From the NCBI GenBank assembly GCA_023260935.1, contig JALQTL010000326.1, positions 1 through 37,318 on the forward strand: DNA of 37,318 nucleotides, written 5' to 3'. Both the position numbers and the translations under genes were made by a program. How positions within the stretch are numbered: the stretch's first letter is position 1; every line of letters starts with the position of its first letter. This DNA comes from Paracoccaceae bacterium. Lineage in GTDB: Bacteria; Pseudomonadota; Alphaproteobacteria; Rhodobacterales; Rhodobacteraceae. Shown here piece by piece: positions 18,428 to 27,795 of the stretch. Under the pieces are notes generated by a model. That model ran no database searches and was not told the origin of the DNA. It saw only the letters and a program-made list of their open reading frames with translations.

Positions 18428-19687
18428 TCACTGAAAAACGCCCCCCGGATTATCCAGGCTGTCGGAACCTTCGAAATCGATCTTCGACAGGCCAAGCGCC
18501 GTTACCGCCCGTTCGATGCTTGCCGTTTGCGTGACCAGTGCATTGACCGCGCCCATGATCAGCGCCTCGCCTTCCTTGTTGCCGGCCTCCAGCATCTGAT
18601 CATAGGCAAAGCCGCGCTCGGCTGCCGTCTTGATCGCTTCAAGTGCGGCGACCGAGGCATCGAGCTCAGCCCGCAGCCGTGCATCCACCGCAGCATCCCT
18701 TGCCGCCACCAGATCGGCCAGCGAAGGGCCGGTGATTTGGGTGCCATCTACCCGGGTATATTCGCCAAGATAGACGTTGCGGATGCCCAGGCCGTCATGG
18801 AAGTGGCTGTTGTGGGTATTGTCGGAAAAGCAGTCATGCTCTTCTTCCGGGTCGTTCAGCATCAGGCCCAGCTTCATCCGCTCGCCCGCCAGTTCACCAT
18901 AGGAAAGGCTGCCCATGCCGGTCAGCATTGCCAGAAGACCCGCATTCGGGTCCGCGGTTATGGCCAAGCGGCCCGCGCCGCCTTCGCCCCATTGGGCCAC
19001 CATGTATTCCAGATCGCTGACCAGAAGGTCGGTCGCAGCCTTCAGATAGGCTGCCCGGCGGTCGCAATTGCCGCCGGTGCAGGCGGCGCCCGTGGCGAAA
19101 TCGGTAAAGGGCCGGGCACCTGCGCCGGGCCCTGTGCCGTTCAGATCCTGCCCCCACAATAGGAATTCGATGGCATGATAACCGCTTGCCACATTGGCTT
19201 CGATCCCGTCGGCTTCGTGCAGGGTGCCGGAAATCAGTTGCGGGGTGAGGGTGGTGGCATCCACCTCGACGCCCGAAAGGGTGAACTTCGGCCTGGCGAT
19301 GACGTTCAGCGATGCGTGGCTGTTTTCCTCATTCATCGCCGAGCTACCGGCGACATAATCGATCAGCCCTTCATCGAGCGGCCAAGAATTCACGCGCCCT
19401 TCCCAATCATCGACAACGGGGTTGCCGAAACGAAAGGCCTCGGTCTGCTGATAGGGTACGCGCGCGGCAATCCAGGCGTCGCGGGCGGTTTGCAGCGTTT
19501 GATCGGACGGGGCGGCAATCAGCGCCTCTACGGCGGTTCGCAGGGTTTTGGCGGTGGTCAGGCTGTCACCATAGCTGGCCGCGGCGATATCCGCGTAATG
19601 CGCCACCACTTCGGCAGGTTCCGCTGCCATTGCGGGCGCGGTCAGGGCAGTTGTCAGAAGCATCACGGTCAGCAGCCGGGTCATCAT
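18428..19687 (-). CDS. Imelysin family (IrpA/IcmP-like, peptidase M75) iron-regulated periplasmic protein
   Basis: Signal peptide, 'VNSWPLDEGLIDYV', 'SGYHAIEFLLWGQD' (GxHxxE), 'EEEHDCFSDNTH'. Confidence 0.93.
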   Translation of the reverse strand: MMTRLLTVMLLTTALTAPAMAAEPAEVVAHYADIAAASYGDSLTTAKTLRTAVEALIAAPSDQTLQTARDAWIAARVPYQQTEAFRFGNPVVDDWEGRVNSWPLDEGLIDYVAGSSAMNEENSHASLNVIARPKFTLSGVEVDATTLTPQLISGTLHEADGIEANVASGYHAIEFLLWGQDLNGTGPGAGARPFTDFATGAACTGGNCDRRAAYLKAATDLLVSDLEYMVAQWGEGGAGRLAITADPNAGLLAMLTGMGSLSYGELAGERMKLGLMLNDPEEEHDCFSDNTHNSHFHDGLGIRNVYLGEYTRVDGTQITGPSLADLVAARDAAVDARLRAELDASVAALEAIKTAAERGFAYDQMLEAGNKEGEALIMGAVNALVTQTASIERAVTALGLSKIDFEGSDSLDNPGGVFQ

Positions 19688-19754
19688 CGGTCCTTGCTTG
19701 GTCAGGTTGGGCCTGCCCCGGCTGGAAATTGGCTTCGGGCAATGGGTCGCCAGA

Positions 19755-19779
19755 ATTTCCGATAAAAATACTCAACTGT
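19755..19779 (-). promoter_or_regulatory. IscR / iron-Rhodo-box-like operator upstream of imelysin
   Basis: Minus strand ACAGTTGAGTATTTTTATCGGAAAT resembles the IscR type-1 / TGA-N9-TCA motif, inside an AT-rich promoter patch. Confidence 0.55.
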
Positions 19780-19932
19780 AAAGCAGATTCTTTTACTAAA
19801 CATATTTTCGCCTGTGCCTGTTTGCGTCTGGCCCGTTCCGAAGGCACCGCGACAGATGCCGCCCCCCCCCTTTCGGGCTTAGGTCGGGAAGGCAGGGCCG
19901 GCACCCGCGCGGTCTGGGAAAAGGGGCGGCGG

Positions 19933-21030
19933 CTACAACCCCGCGGCCTTTGTCAGGTTTACGCGGAACCTGTCGCGGCGGCGCTGGTATCGGCGGGTCA
20001 TCTCGGCGCTGGCATGGCCAAGGTGTTTTTGAACAAAACGTTCATCCACCTGCGCCGAAGATGCCAACCCGGCCCGCAGCGAATGGCCGGAAAACAGCCG
20101 CAACCGTTCTGCTTTTGGCAATTCGGGGCGCAGGCCGGCGTCTTCGGCTGTCTGCTTGATCAGGCGGGCAACGTGCTTGTCCGACAGGCGGTTCGCGGTG
20201 GCCTTCAACCCGTTGCGCGACACGGCAACGAAGATGGGGCCAAAGTCGATGCGCGCGTAATGTAACCATTGCGTCAGGGCATGCACCGGGCAGGTCTGGT
20301 CGCTGGAACCGCGGGCGACTTCCACCTCACGCCAGCCGGTCTTGCCGCGCAGGGTGATCAACGCGCCATCCTCCATGATCTCGACCCAGCCGCCGCTGTC
20401 GGGCGTGTCATCCTTGCCGTGGTCAAGGCAGACGATCTCCGACCGCCTCAGCCCCCCCGCAAAGCCGACCAGCAGGATCGCACGGTCGCGCAGGCCCCGC
20501 AGATCGTGCGGCAGGGTGGCAAGCATGTCGCGCAGGTCTTCGGGCAGGATCGCCTCTTTCTGCACGGGGGGGCGGGCATGCTTGCGGCGGATGCCGGCCA
20601 GCACGGTGGCTATGTGCCGGTCCTTTCGGTCCAGCCTTTCCCCGCGCTGGGCATAGCCCCAGACCAGCCCCGACAGCCGCCGTTCGATCGACGAGACGGA
20701 TAGGGCGGGGGCCTTTCCAAGCGGGGCTGCCAGATCGACGATGTAAAGGCCAATCAACTGCGGCGAGGGCGGCAGTGGATCGGCGCCCCGCATCCGGCAC
20801 CAGCGCGCGAAATGCGCCCAGTCCGCCGCATAGGCGCGCTGCGTGTTTTCAGACGCCGCCTGACGGGCATAATCGCGGGCGGTTTCCACCAACCGGTCCA
20901 GAGTGCCCGAGCCTGCGATCTGCGGCGGCACGGCAATGTCTGCCTGCACTGACTGTTCCCCTGCCGCACCATCGGGGCGGGCGGGGTCATCCGGCTGGGC
21001 CGAAGGTGGGGGTGGCGGCGAACGGGTCAT
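19933..21030 (-). CDS. Tyrosine recombinase/integrase (Cre-like, plasmid-type, with SAM-like N-domain)
   Basis: 'SENTQRAYAADW', catalytic 'GLRRSE', 'GHSLRAG', 'LGHAS', 'RRY'. Confidence 0.93.
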   Translation of the reverse strand: MTRSPPPPPSAQPDDPARPDGAAGEQSVQADIAVPPQIAGSGTLDRLVETARDYARQAASENTQRAYAADWAHFARWCRMRGADPLPPSPQLIGLYIVDLAAPLGKAPALSVSSIERRLSGLVWGYAQRGERLDRKDRHIATVLAGIRRKHARPPVQKEAILPEDLRDMLATLPHDLRGLRDRAILLVGFAGGLRRSEIVCLDHGKDDTPDSGGWVEIMEDGALITLRGKTGWREVEVARGSSDQTCPVHALTQWLHYARIDFGPIFVAVSRNGLKATANRLSDKHVARLIKQTAEDAGLRPELPKAERLRLFSGHSLRAGLASSAQVDERFVQKHLGHASAEMTRRYQRRRDRFRVNLTKAAGL

Positions 21031-21061
21031 GGCCGCAGCATACACGGCCCCAGCGCGACTA

Positions 21062-21094
21062 GGCAAACTTGCATGGCAAACAGATACGGCAAAC
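21062..21094. repeat. Three GGCAAAC direct repeats with a 13-bp period
   Basis: GGCAAAC at 21062, 21075 and 21088, just upstream of the recombinase start. Confidence 0.7.
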
Positions 21095-21125
21095 CGCTAC
21101 CGCGGCGGGCTGATCCGGCCCCCTG

Positions 21126-21875
21126 TCAGAACCGCCAGGTTGCCCCCACCAGCGGGCCCGTCATCGCGCCCTTGAACACTGTCCCGCCATCGGAATAATC
21201 GACATGAAGGTGGCGCCAGCCAAGCGACAGATACAGATTTTCGTTCACCTCATAGTTCGCGGTCACCGCCACTTGTGCCGTGAAATCTGACCCCACCCCG
21301 AAGCCGCCGACATCCAGATAGCCCAGAAGTGACCACCTGTCGTTGATCGGAGTGTTGACCCGCAGGGCAAGGATCGGATCGACGAAACTTGTCGAAGGCG
21401 CCACGCTCAGAACCGGAGAGGTGATCTTGCCATCAATGTCCCAGGCGCGCAGGCCCCCCAGCAGGTCCACGGTCGTCCCCCCGCCGGCATCGATGCGTTT
21501 CCCTGCCGCCAACGTCAGCGACTTCATGGTCACACCACCCGCAGCCGGAATGCCCGGCGGCACAAGGCCAGAGCGCGAAGAATTGGAATAGGTCAGATCT
21601 CCGAACAGGACGAGGTCACCGCGCCGTGCCAGCCCTGTCATGAAGAATGCGCCATCAAGGTCTTCCAGCACGTCGGTAAGCGACTTGTCGAAGGAAAGGG
21701 TGGGGGCGCCGGTAAAGGGCGTCAAATCCCCGGTAACGCCCGCGCCCCAGCCGTAAAGCGTGACCTGACCCGACCATTCCTCCGCCCTGGCGGCATCAGG
21801 GGCCAGTGTGATGGCCCCGGCAAGGGCGGCGATGGCTGCAAGTGCGGTCAGAAAGCGGTTCGATTTCTGCGGCAT
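21126..21875 (-). CDS. Exported outer-membrane beta-barrel protein (hypothetical)
   Basis: Signal peptide, alternating beta-strands, 'DVGGFGVGSDFT', C-terminal 'GPLVGATWRF' with terminal Phe. Confidence 0.8.
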   Translation of the reverse strand: MPQKSNRFLTALAAIAALAGAITLAPDAARAEEWSGQVTLYGWGAGVTGDLTPFTGAPTLSFDKSLTDVLEDLDGAFFMTGLARRGDLVLFGDLTYSNSSRSGLVPPGIPAAGGVTMKSLTLAAGKRIDAGGGTTVDLLGGLRAWDIDGKITSPVLSVAPSTSFVDPILALRVNTPINDRWSLLGYLDVGGFGVGSDFTAQVAVTANYEVNENLYLSLGWRHLHVDYSDGGTVFKGAMTGPLVGATWRF

Positions 21876-23335
21876 TACAGTGTCTCCTTGAAAATGCGCC
21901 CGCCCTTCATCACAAGCCGCAGGTTGCTGGCAGGATCGTCCAGAAAACCCAGATCGGTTTCAGGATCACCGTCCCAAACCAGAATATCGGCATGCGCCCC
22001 TTCCACGATCACCCCAAGGCGCCCCTGATAGGGGTCGCGCGCGCCAGACATTGCCAGCAGATCGCCGGCATTTCCCGTGGCCATGCGCAGCGCTTCCAGT
22101 GGCGACATGAACCGCGCCAGTTTTGCAAGCTGGCGCCCCTGGCTTTGCGACGCGCCAGGATTCATCAGGATATCCGTGCCGAATGCCATGTTCACGCCCT
22201 CGGCCCGGCCCATTTCAAAGGCGCGCACCGTGCCTTGGGCAACCTCTTCGGCCTTCTGTTGCTGTAACGGGTTGCTTCGGGGGTTGGAGTCTTCGTCCTG
22301 AAGGAACGGCTGGATCGACCACCACGCCCCTTCGTCGCGCATCATGCGAACGGTTTCAAGGTCCGCCAACTGGCCATGTTCAATCGACTTCACGCCGGCC
22401 CGCAGCGCGCGCTGAATGCCTTCGGGCGTGTAGACATGGGCGCAGAGATAGGTGCCCCAATCGGCGGCGGCCCTGACTGCGGCGGCCATTTCCTCTTCCA
22501 GAAATTGCGCGGTGTCGAGTGGATCGTAAAGCGAGGTCACGCCGCCGCCGGCCATGATCTTGATCTGGCTGGCGCCTTTCATCAATTGCTCTCGCGTGCG
22601 GCGCAGCACCTCGTCTACCCCGTCGGCAATGGCCGCGACGCCGGTTTGTTCGGTATAGTCGGGGGCATCGCCCGGCATCCGGGGCAGGGTGTTCAGCAGC
22701 CGGAAATCCCCATGCCCCGAAGTCTGAGAGATCATCGCCCCCGAGGGAAAGATCCGCGGCCCGGCCACTACACCCCGGTCAATGGCCATCTTCAGGCCAA
22801 AGACTGGCCCCCCGGTATCGCGCACGGTTGTGAAGCCGCGCATCAGGGTGGCGCCGGCCTCTTGCCCGGCCACCAGATGCACAAAGGCGATATCCTGCGT
22901 CAGTGCTGCGATCTGGCTGACGCTGACCAGCGTTGCATGCCAGTGGCAATCGATCAGCCCCGGCGTCACGGCCCGGCCACCGCAATCGATCACATCGGCA
23001 TCCTGCGGCCCGGTTCCCGCTGCGGGCAGTGCCGTGATGCGGCCGCCTTCGATCAGGATGTCGCGGCCGGTCTGCATGGCAAGTGTCGTGCCATCGAACA
23101 GCCGCAGGTTTGTCAGCAGCGTCGGGCGGCCCGGTGTCTGGGCCCGCACTTCCCGGGGCGCAAGACCAAAGCCTGCGAACATGCCGATCACGGCCGCACT
23201 GCCACCAAGGAACTGGCGGCGGGTGATATCTGCCTCGATCCGCTGCATCGCCGCCTGTGTTTCGGGGGCCCCGCACAGGCAGGGGTTGATAATGGCCAAC
23301 CCCCGCCCGATTCCTTCGCAGCACGTCAGGCACAT
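21875..23335 (-). CDS. Metal-dependent amidohydrolase (prolidase-like subgroup) with Tat signal
   Basis: 'TRRQFLGG' twin-arginine motif, 'PGLIDCHWH', 'GFTTVRDTGG', 'SQTSGHGD', 'IKIMAGGGV', 'SIEHG', 'FGTD'. Confidence 0.9.
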   Translation of the reverse strand: MCLTCCEGIGRGLAIINPCLCGAPETQAAMQRIEADITRRQFLGGSAAVIGMFAGFGLAPREVRAQTPGRPTLLTNLRLFDGTTLAMQTGRDILIEGGRITALPAAGTGPQDADVIDCGGRAVTPGLIDCHWHATLVSVSQIAALTQDIAFVHLVAGQEAGATLMRGFTTVRDTGGPVFGLKMAIDRGVVAGPRIFPSGAMISQTSGHGDFRLLNTLPRMPGDAPDYTEQTGVAAIADGVDEVLRRTREQLMKGASQIKIMAGGGVTSLYDPLDTAQFLEEEMAAAVRAAADWGTYLCAHVYTPEGIQRALRAGVKSIEHGQLADLETVRMMRDEGAWWSIQPFLQDEDSNPRSNPLQQQKAEEVAQGTVRAFEMGRAEGVNMAFGTDILMNPGASQSQGRQLAKLARFMSPLEALRMATGNAGDLLAMSGARDPYQGRLGVIVEGAHADILVWDGDPETDLGFLDDPASNLRLVMKGGRIFKETL

Positions 23336-23527
23336 CCGGGAATCTCTTTAAATCGATGAAATATGTCACCTGAAGGTAAGATGAATCTCTGATGCGGCAA
23401 TCCTTTTTCGTGCAGGCAAAGGATGATACGGCCGGGCTTGCGAATGGCCCGTGCCCTGCGGCCAGGCCGGCAGCGACTTGGGCGGGGGAAGGTTCTGGCC
23501 GCTCGACCGGTCGCGTCATGGGCCACG

Positions 23528-23790
23528 ATGCGGGCCCCGGCGCTGCCGCTGATCGTGCAAGAAGTGTGCATCCACACCGGGTTGCCAATCGGGCTGGGGG
23601 CGCTGGTTCACATCCTGCATCTGCCGAAACTGGCAGAGGTCAAGCTTACCTTCACGGACCTGTTCAAGTTCTCGGTGCTGCGGCGGCTTTGCCCGGGCAA
23701 GCTTTTCTGCTTTGACGTTGACGAAATCGATGTGACCCGGGGCATTCTTGGGGGCGGATGGGGCTTCGTCCCAACCGGAACTATTATTCG
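23528..23790 (+). pseudogene. Possible coding remnant of unknown family
   Basis: The frame of ORF 23423..23941 shows GC3-biased codons (PLIVQEVCIHTGLP...FDVDEIDVTRGILG), but no family is recognised and the ORF runs into the opposing gene. Boundaries approximate. Confidence 0.25.
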
Positions 23791-23850
23791 CGGGCGCGAT
23801 GCAGTGCTGGATGGCCCGATCAGGGCGGGCCAGATCGACCATCCGCAGCC

Positions 23851-24510
23851 TCAGGTAGTGGCACGCCCTTCAAGCCCGGCCATGGCATCGGCATCCGATC
23901 CCGGCACCCGCATTTCAAAGGTGTCGCGCACCACGGCATAGTCGAAATAGCCCATCCGCGCGATCGGTTCGATGGCGGTGATATCCAGCCGCCCATCGGG
24001 GCCGATGACCCTGTCATCGATATGAATCGTCTCGACCTGGGCAAAGACCACATCAACTGTCCCCATCACGGAATGCCCGCGCAGGGTGGTTGTGCTCAGA
24101 TATCGGCATTCGAACTTGCAGGGGCTTTCCCTGACCATCGGCACCGCGCCGTTGTCTGAATAAACACGGGTCACGTTGATCCGGTCGAATTCGCTTTCGT
24201 CGGGCGGCAGGGCCATGGCGCTGATGTTCACCGCCTCGCGCAGCGCAAAAGTTGCCATGTTCCAGACGAACCACCCCGTTTCTTCGGCGTTCAGCACGGT
24301 ATCCTTGCGGCGACCGTCAGGATAGCGGTTGGCCGCGAACATCACCATCGGCGGGTCGAAGGTCAGGTTCTGCCACTGGCTATAGGGCGCGATGTTTTCC
24401 AGCCCCGCCGCACTGCGGCTGGACAACCAGCCGATCGGGCGCGGCACCGTGCAGCTTTTGAACGGCGAGAAGGGCAAGGGGCAGCTTTCGGAGCCGGGGG
24501 AGTATTTCAT
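23851..24510 (-). CDS. Flavin reductase family protein (DIM6/NTAB)
   Basis: 'VPRPIGWLSS', 'NIAPYS', 'KDTVLNAEETGWFVWN', 'PIARMGY'. Confidence 0.9.
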   Translation of the reverse strand: MKYSPGSESCPLPFSPFKSCTVPRPIGWLSSRSAAGLENIAPYSQWQNLTFDPPMVMFAANRYPDGRRKDTVLNAEETGWFVWNMATFALREAVNISAMALPPDESEFDRINVTRVYSDNGAVPMVRESPCKFECRYLSTTTLRGHSVMGTVDVVFAQVETIHIDDRVIGPDGRLDITAIEPIARMGYFDYAVVRDTFEMRVPGSDADAMAGLEGRATT

Positions 24511-24543
24511 CGCAGAGTCCCTTTCGGTTTTCGATGCAGTCTT

Positions 24544-24592
24544 TGATATATGACTAATATATCGGTCGTATGTCAATGACGGCTGGTATAGA
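24544..24592. promoter_or_regulatory. GntR-type operator array in the divergent intergenic region
   Basis: GATATAT-N5-ATATATC inverted repeat (24545-24563) plus related TCGTATGTCA and TGGTATAG boxes. Confidence 0.55.
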
Positions 24593-24628
24593 ACTGCCCG
24601 GCTTGGGCGGGATGGGGTGGGGTCAGGG

Positions 24629-25267
24629 ATGAACAAGACGGAACAGGCTGTCGCCATGCTACAGGGCATGATCGAACGGGGCGAACTGGCGCCCGGATCC
24701 ATGCTGTCCGAACGCACCATCGTTGACCTGATGGGTCTGGGCCGTACCCCGGTCCGCGAGGCGATCCAGCGGCTTGCGCCCAGCTACATGATCAAGGTTC
24801 ACCCCAGCCGCGGGATCGAAATTCCGGCCATCACGGTGGAAGATCAGCTTAGCCGGCTGGAAGTGCGGCGTGTGGTCGAAATCCTTGCCGTCGAACTGGC
24901 CTGCAAGCGGGCCAGTCCCGCGCAGCGGCAGGCTATGGGTGATCTTGCCGCCCGGCTGGAGGGGCTGTTTACCCTGCATGACTATACCGACACGATCCGC
25001 CAGACCCATGCGTTAATCCTTGAAGCGGCGGCAAATCGCTATCTGGGGTCGCTGATGCTGCCCTTGCAGGGGCTTTCCCGGCGCTTCTGGGTTGTCCATG
25101 CCCGGGAAGAGACGGGCGATATCGCGCGGGGGCGCGATCTGCATCGCGCTATCCTTACCGCGATTGTCGCCGCCGATGTTCAGGCGGCCACTGCGGCGTC
25201 GCAGGCGTTGAACGATTATCTGGTGGAATTCGCGCTGGCTGTGGTTGCCCGTCGGGCCGCCCGCTGA
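24629..25267 (+). CDS. GntR (FCD) family transcriptional regulator
   Basis: 'LAPGSMLSE', 'GRTPVREAIQRL', FCD C-domain 'H..IL.A..N', 'HRAILTAI'. Confidence 0.92.
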   Translation: MNKTEQAVAMLQGMIERGELAPGSMLSERTIVDLMGLGRTPVREAIQRLAPSYMIKVHPSRGIEIPAITVEDQLSRLEVRRVVEILAVELACKRASPAQRQAMGDLAARLEGLFTLHDYTDTIRQTHALILEAAANRYLGSLMLPLQGLSRRFWVVHAREETGDIARGRDLHRAILTAIVAADVQAATAASQALNDYLVEFALAVVARRAAR

Positions 25268-25510
25268 TCTGCGCGAGCTTGCCGCCCGGGTGCCTTGCCG
25301 GGGTTGCCGCGATGCAGCAGTGGCGATAGGTTGCGCCGGATCTTCGGGCCGTGACGGTCGGCCCGTTCTTGCGTCACAAAAGGAACATGCTGTTGCAACT
25401 ACGGTGCAGCAAACCGCGTGCAGGTGCCGTTGCCGGGGAAATGTTGCCCTTTCCCACCGCCGCGGCCGCCCAGATGGCCGGGCGCAGGCAAATCAAGGAA
25501 CAGCCAGCCG

Positions 25511-26995
25511 ATGCGTGACGGGCTTCATTCCGCCCCGGATGGCCGCGAAAGGGATGCAGCCCTTCGCCGGATTGCGCTGACTGCAATCCTTGGGATCACC
25601 CTGTTCCGCGTTGTCATGGCGCTGCTTGACAGAACCGAGCTTTCCACTGACGAGGCGCAATACTGGTTCTGGGGCCAGACCTTCGACTTCGGGGCCTATT
25701 CGAAGCCGCCCCTTATCGGCTGGATCACGCGGCTAAGCACCGATCTTCTGGGGCAGAGCGTGGCTGGCGTCCGCCTGCCGGCGGCCCTGTTTCACGGAGC
25801 AACCGCGCTGGTGCTGTTTCATCTGGCCGCCCGTATCAGCACTGCTTCCGTGGCGTTGATCGCCGCCCTTTCCTATCTGACGACACCGGCTGTTGCCCTT
25901 GGGTCGGCGTTGATGACGACAGACACGCCGATGCTTCTTGCCGCGGCCCTTGCCTTGGCCGCGCAACTGGGCCTTGGTCAGGCGCATATGCAGGGGCGCC
26001 CCGCCCCGGGGCTGGCGGTGGGTCTGGGGCTGGCGCTGGGGATGGGGCTTATGGCCAAGCACGCCATGCTGTTCTGGCTGGCCGGTGCCCTTGTCGCGGC
26101 ACTTCTGTCGCCCCTGTTCCGCTTGCGCATGCGCGATGCCGCCCTTGCTGGCGCGGTGATGCTGCTGGTGATCCTGCCGCATCTTCTGTGGCTGGCTCGC
26201 AATGATTTCATCACGCTGCACCATGTTCAGGACATCACCCGCGGCGAAGGCCTTTCCGCCCTGCGCCCGCTGGCCTTTCTGGCCGAGCAGGCAGCCGTCA
26301 TGGGCCCCATCCTGTTCGTGGCCCTGCTGCTGGCCATGGCCGGCAGGGCAAGAACCGAAGCCTCAGCCGGGCTGACCGCTTTGGCGCTGGCGCCGCTGCT
26401 AGTGGTGATGGCGCAAGGCGTGAAGGGGCCGGTGCTGGCGAATTGGGCCGCGCTTTACCTGATCCCTGGATCGGTTCTGGCGGCGATCTGGCTGGTGCGC
26501 CACCCATGGCTGACACGGGTGTCGCTGGGGCTGGGGCTGGTGCTGACGTTGGCCCTTCCGGTGGCAAAGGTCTGGGGAACCGGCCTGCCCGGGCCAAAGG
26601 GCCAGCCTTTGCTGGCCCGCTACCTTGGCCATGGGGAAATGGCCGAATGGGCGCTGGAAACCGCCAGTGCCGCAGGGGCGGGCACCCTTGTCGCCCAAGG
26701 CCGTGGGCTGATGGCTGATCTTTCGTGGTTTGGCGCGGGCAGCAGCCTTGCCCTGCGTGCGGTTCCGCCCAAGGGAAGGCCCGCCCACCATTGGGAAGCG
26801 ACCGCAGCCTTTGACCCGAAGGCCGATCCGGGGCCGGTTCTGTTGCTGTGGCCGGAAGGTCATCCGCTGGCTTGCCCGGGGGCCGAGGAGATCAGCCGCC
26901 TCAAGGCCCCTGCGGGTGTCTATGGCGCGATAACCTTCACCCTGTTGCGGCTTGATGCGCCGGAATGCCTTTTGCCACCGGGGAGCAACCCATGA
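25511..26995 (+). CDS. ArnT/PMT-type glycosyltransferase (RgtA-D-like lipid A/LPS modifier)
   Basis: 'DEAQYWFWGQTFDFGAYSKPPLIGW', 'TTDTP', 'MAKH', many TM helices, 'ANWAA'. Confidence 0.88.
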   Translation: MRDGLHSAPDGRERDAALRRIALTAILGITLFRVVMALLDRTELSTDEAQYWFWGQTFDFGAYSKPPLIGWITRLSTDLLGQSVAGVRLPAALFHGATALVLFHLAARISTASVALIAALSYLTTPAVALGSALMTTDTPMLLAAALALAAQLGLGQAHMQGRPAPGLAVGLGLALGMGLMAKHAMLFWLAGALVAALLSPLFRLRMRDAALAGAVMLLVILPHLLWLARNDFITLHHVQDITRGEGLSALRPLAFLAEQAAVMGPILFVALLLAMAGRARTEASAGLTALALAPLLVVMAQGVKGPVLANWAALYLIPGSVLAAIWLVRHPWLTRVSLGLGLVLTLALPVAKVWGTGLPGPKGQPLLARYLGHGEMAEWALETASAAGAGTLVAQGRGLMADLSWFGAGSSLALRAVPPKGRPAHHWEATAAFDPKADPGPVLLLWPEGHPLACPGAEEISRLKAPAGVYGAITFTLLRLDAPECLLPPGSNP

Positions 26996-27729
26996 CAGAC
27001 CCTGTCTATAACCGGCTTCTGATTGGCCTGCTGCTGGCCATCGTGATCGCGCAGGCGGTGTTCGCGGCCTTTCCCGGTATCGATCTTGCCGTATCCGGCT
27101 ATTTCGCCGACGGTCGTGCAGGCTTTGGCTGGTCGCGGGGGTGGCTGCCCACCGTCAATTCCATCCTGCGCCGGATGGGCGAGGCAGTGGCTTATGGCCT
27201 TGTGATCTGGGTGATCCTTGGCGGTGTGTTTCGCCGGCTGAGCGGCGATGACCTGAGGGTCTGGGCCTTCGCGGCGCTGACCGTGGCGCTTTCCAGCGGG
27301 GTGATCGTCAATCTGATCCTGAAGGCCCATGTCGGGCGCGCGCGGCCGGCCGATGTTTCGGTTTTTGGCGGCAGTTCCCAGTTTACGCCCGCATGGCAGA
27401 TCAGCGATCAATGCGCCCGCAACTGTTCCTTCACCTCGGGCGAGGTCGCCCTTGCCGGCAGCCTTGCCATTGTGGCGCTGGTCCTGTTGTGGCCGCGACT
27501 GCAAACTGCAATGGGCCGCGTTCTGGCGCTTGTCACCGCCTCTGCCTATGTTGGCGGAGTATCGCTGCTGCGTATCGGTCTGGGCCGGCATTTCCTGAGC
27601 GATGCGGTCTTTTCCCTGCTGATCGCCGCTGCCGTTGCCGTGTTTCTGTATCCCGTCCTTGGCGTGGGGCGCGCAAGGCGGACCTTTGATCCGCGCCAGT
27701 CTTTGCGGCTGGGCACGGGCCGTCGATAG
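26992..27729 (+). CDS. lpxF: PAP2 phosphatase, lipid A 4'-phosphatase-like
   Basis: 'LILKAHVGRARP', 'FTPAW...QCARNCSFTSGE', 'RIGLGRHFLSD'. ATGA-coupled to the glycosyltransferase. Confidence 0.8.
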   Translation: MTDPVYNRLLIGLLLAIVIAQAVFAAFPGIDLAVSGYFADGRAGFGWSRGWLPTVNSILRRMGEAVAYGLVIWVILGGVFRRLSGDDLRVWAFAALTVALSSGVIVNLILKAHVGRARPADVSVFGGSSQFTPAWQISDQCARNCSFTSGEVALAGSLAIVALVLLWPRLQTAMGRVLALVTASAYVGGVSLLRIGLGRHFLSDAVFSLLIAAAVAVFLYPVLGVGRARRTFDPRQSLRLGTGRR

Positions 27730-27795
27730 GCGTGCCCGCGTCATGTTCGACCAGATCTTCTGACGCCGCTGTTCCGCCCGGTTCCGTTGGGCTTG

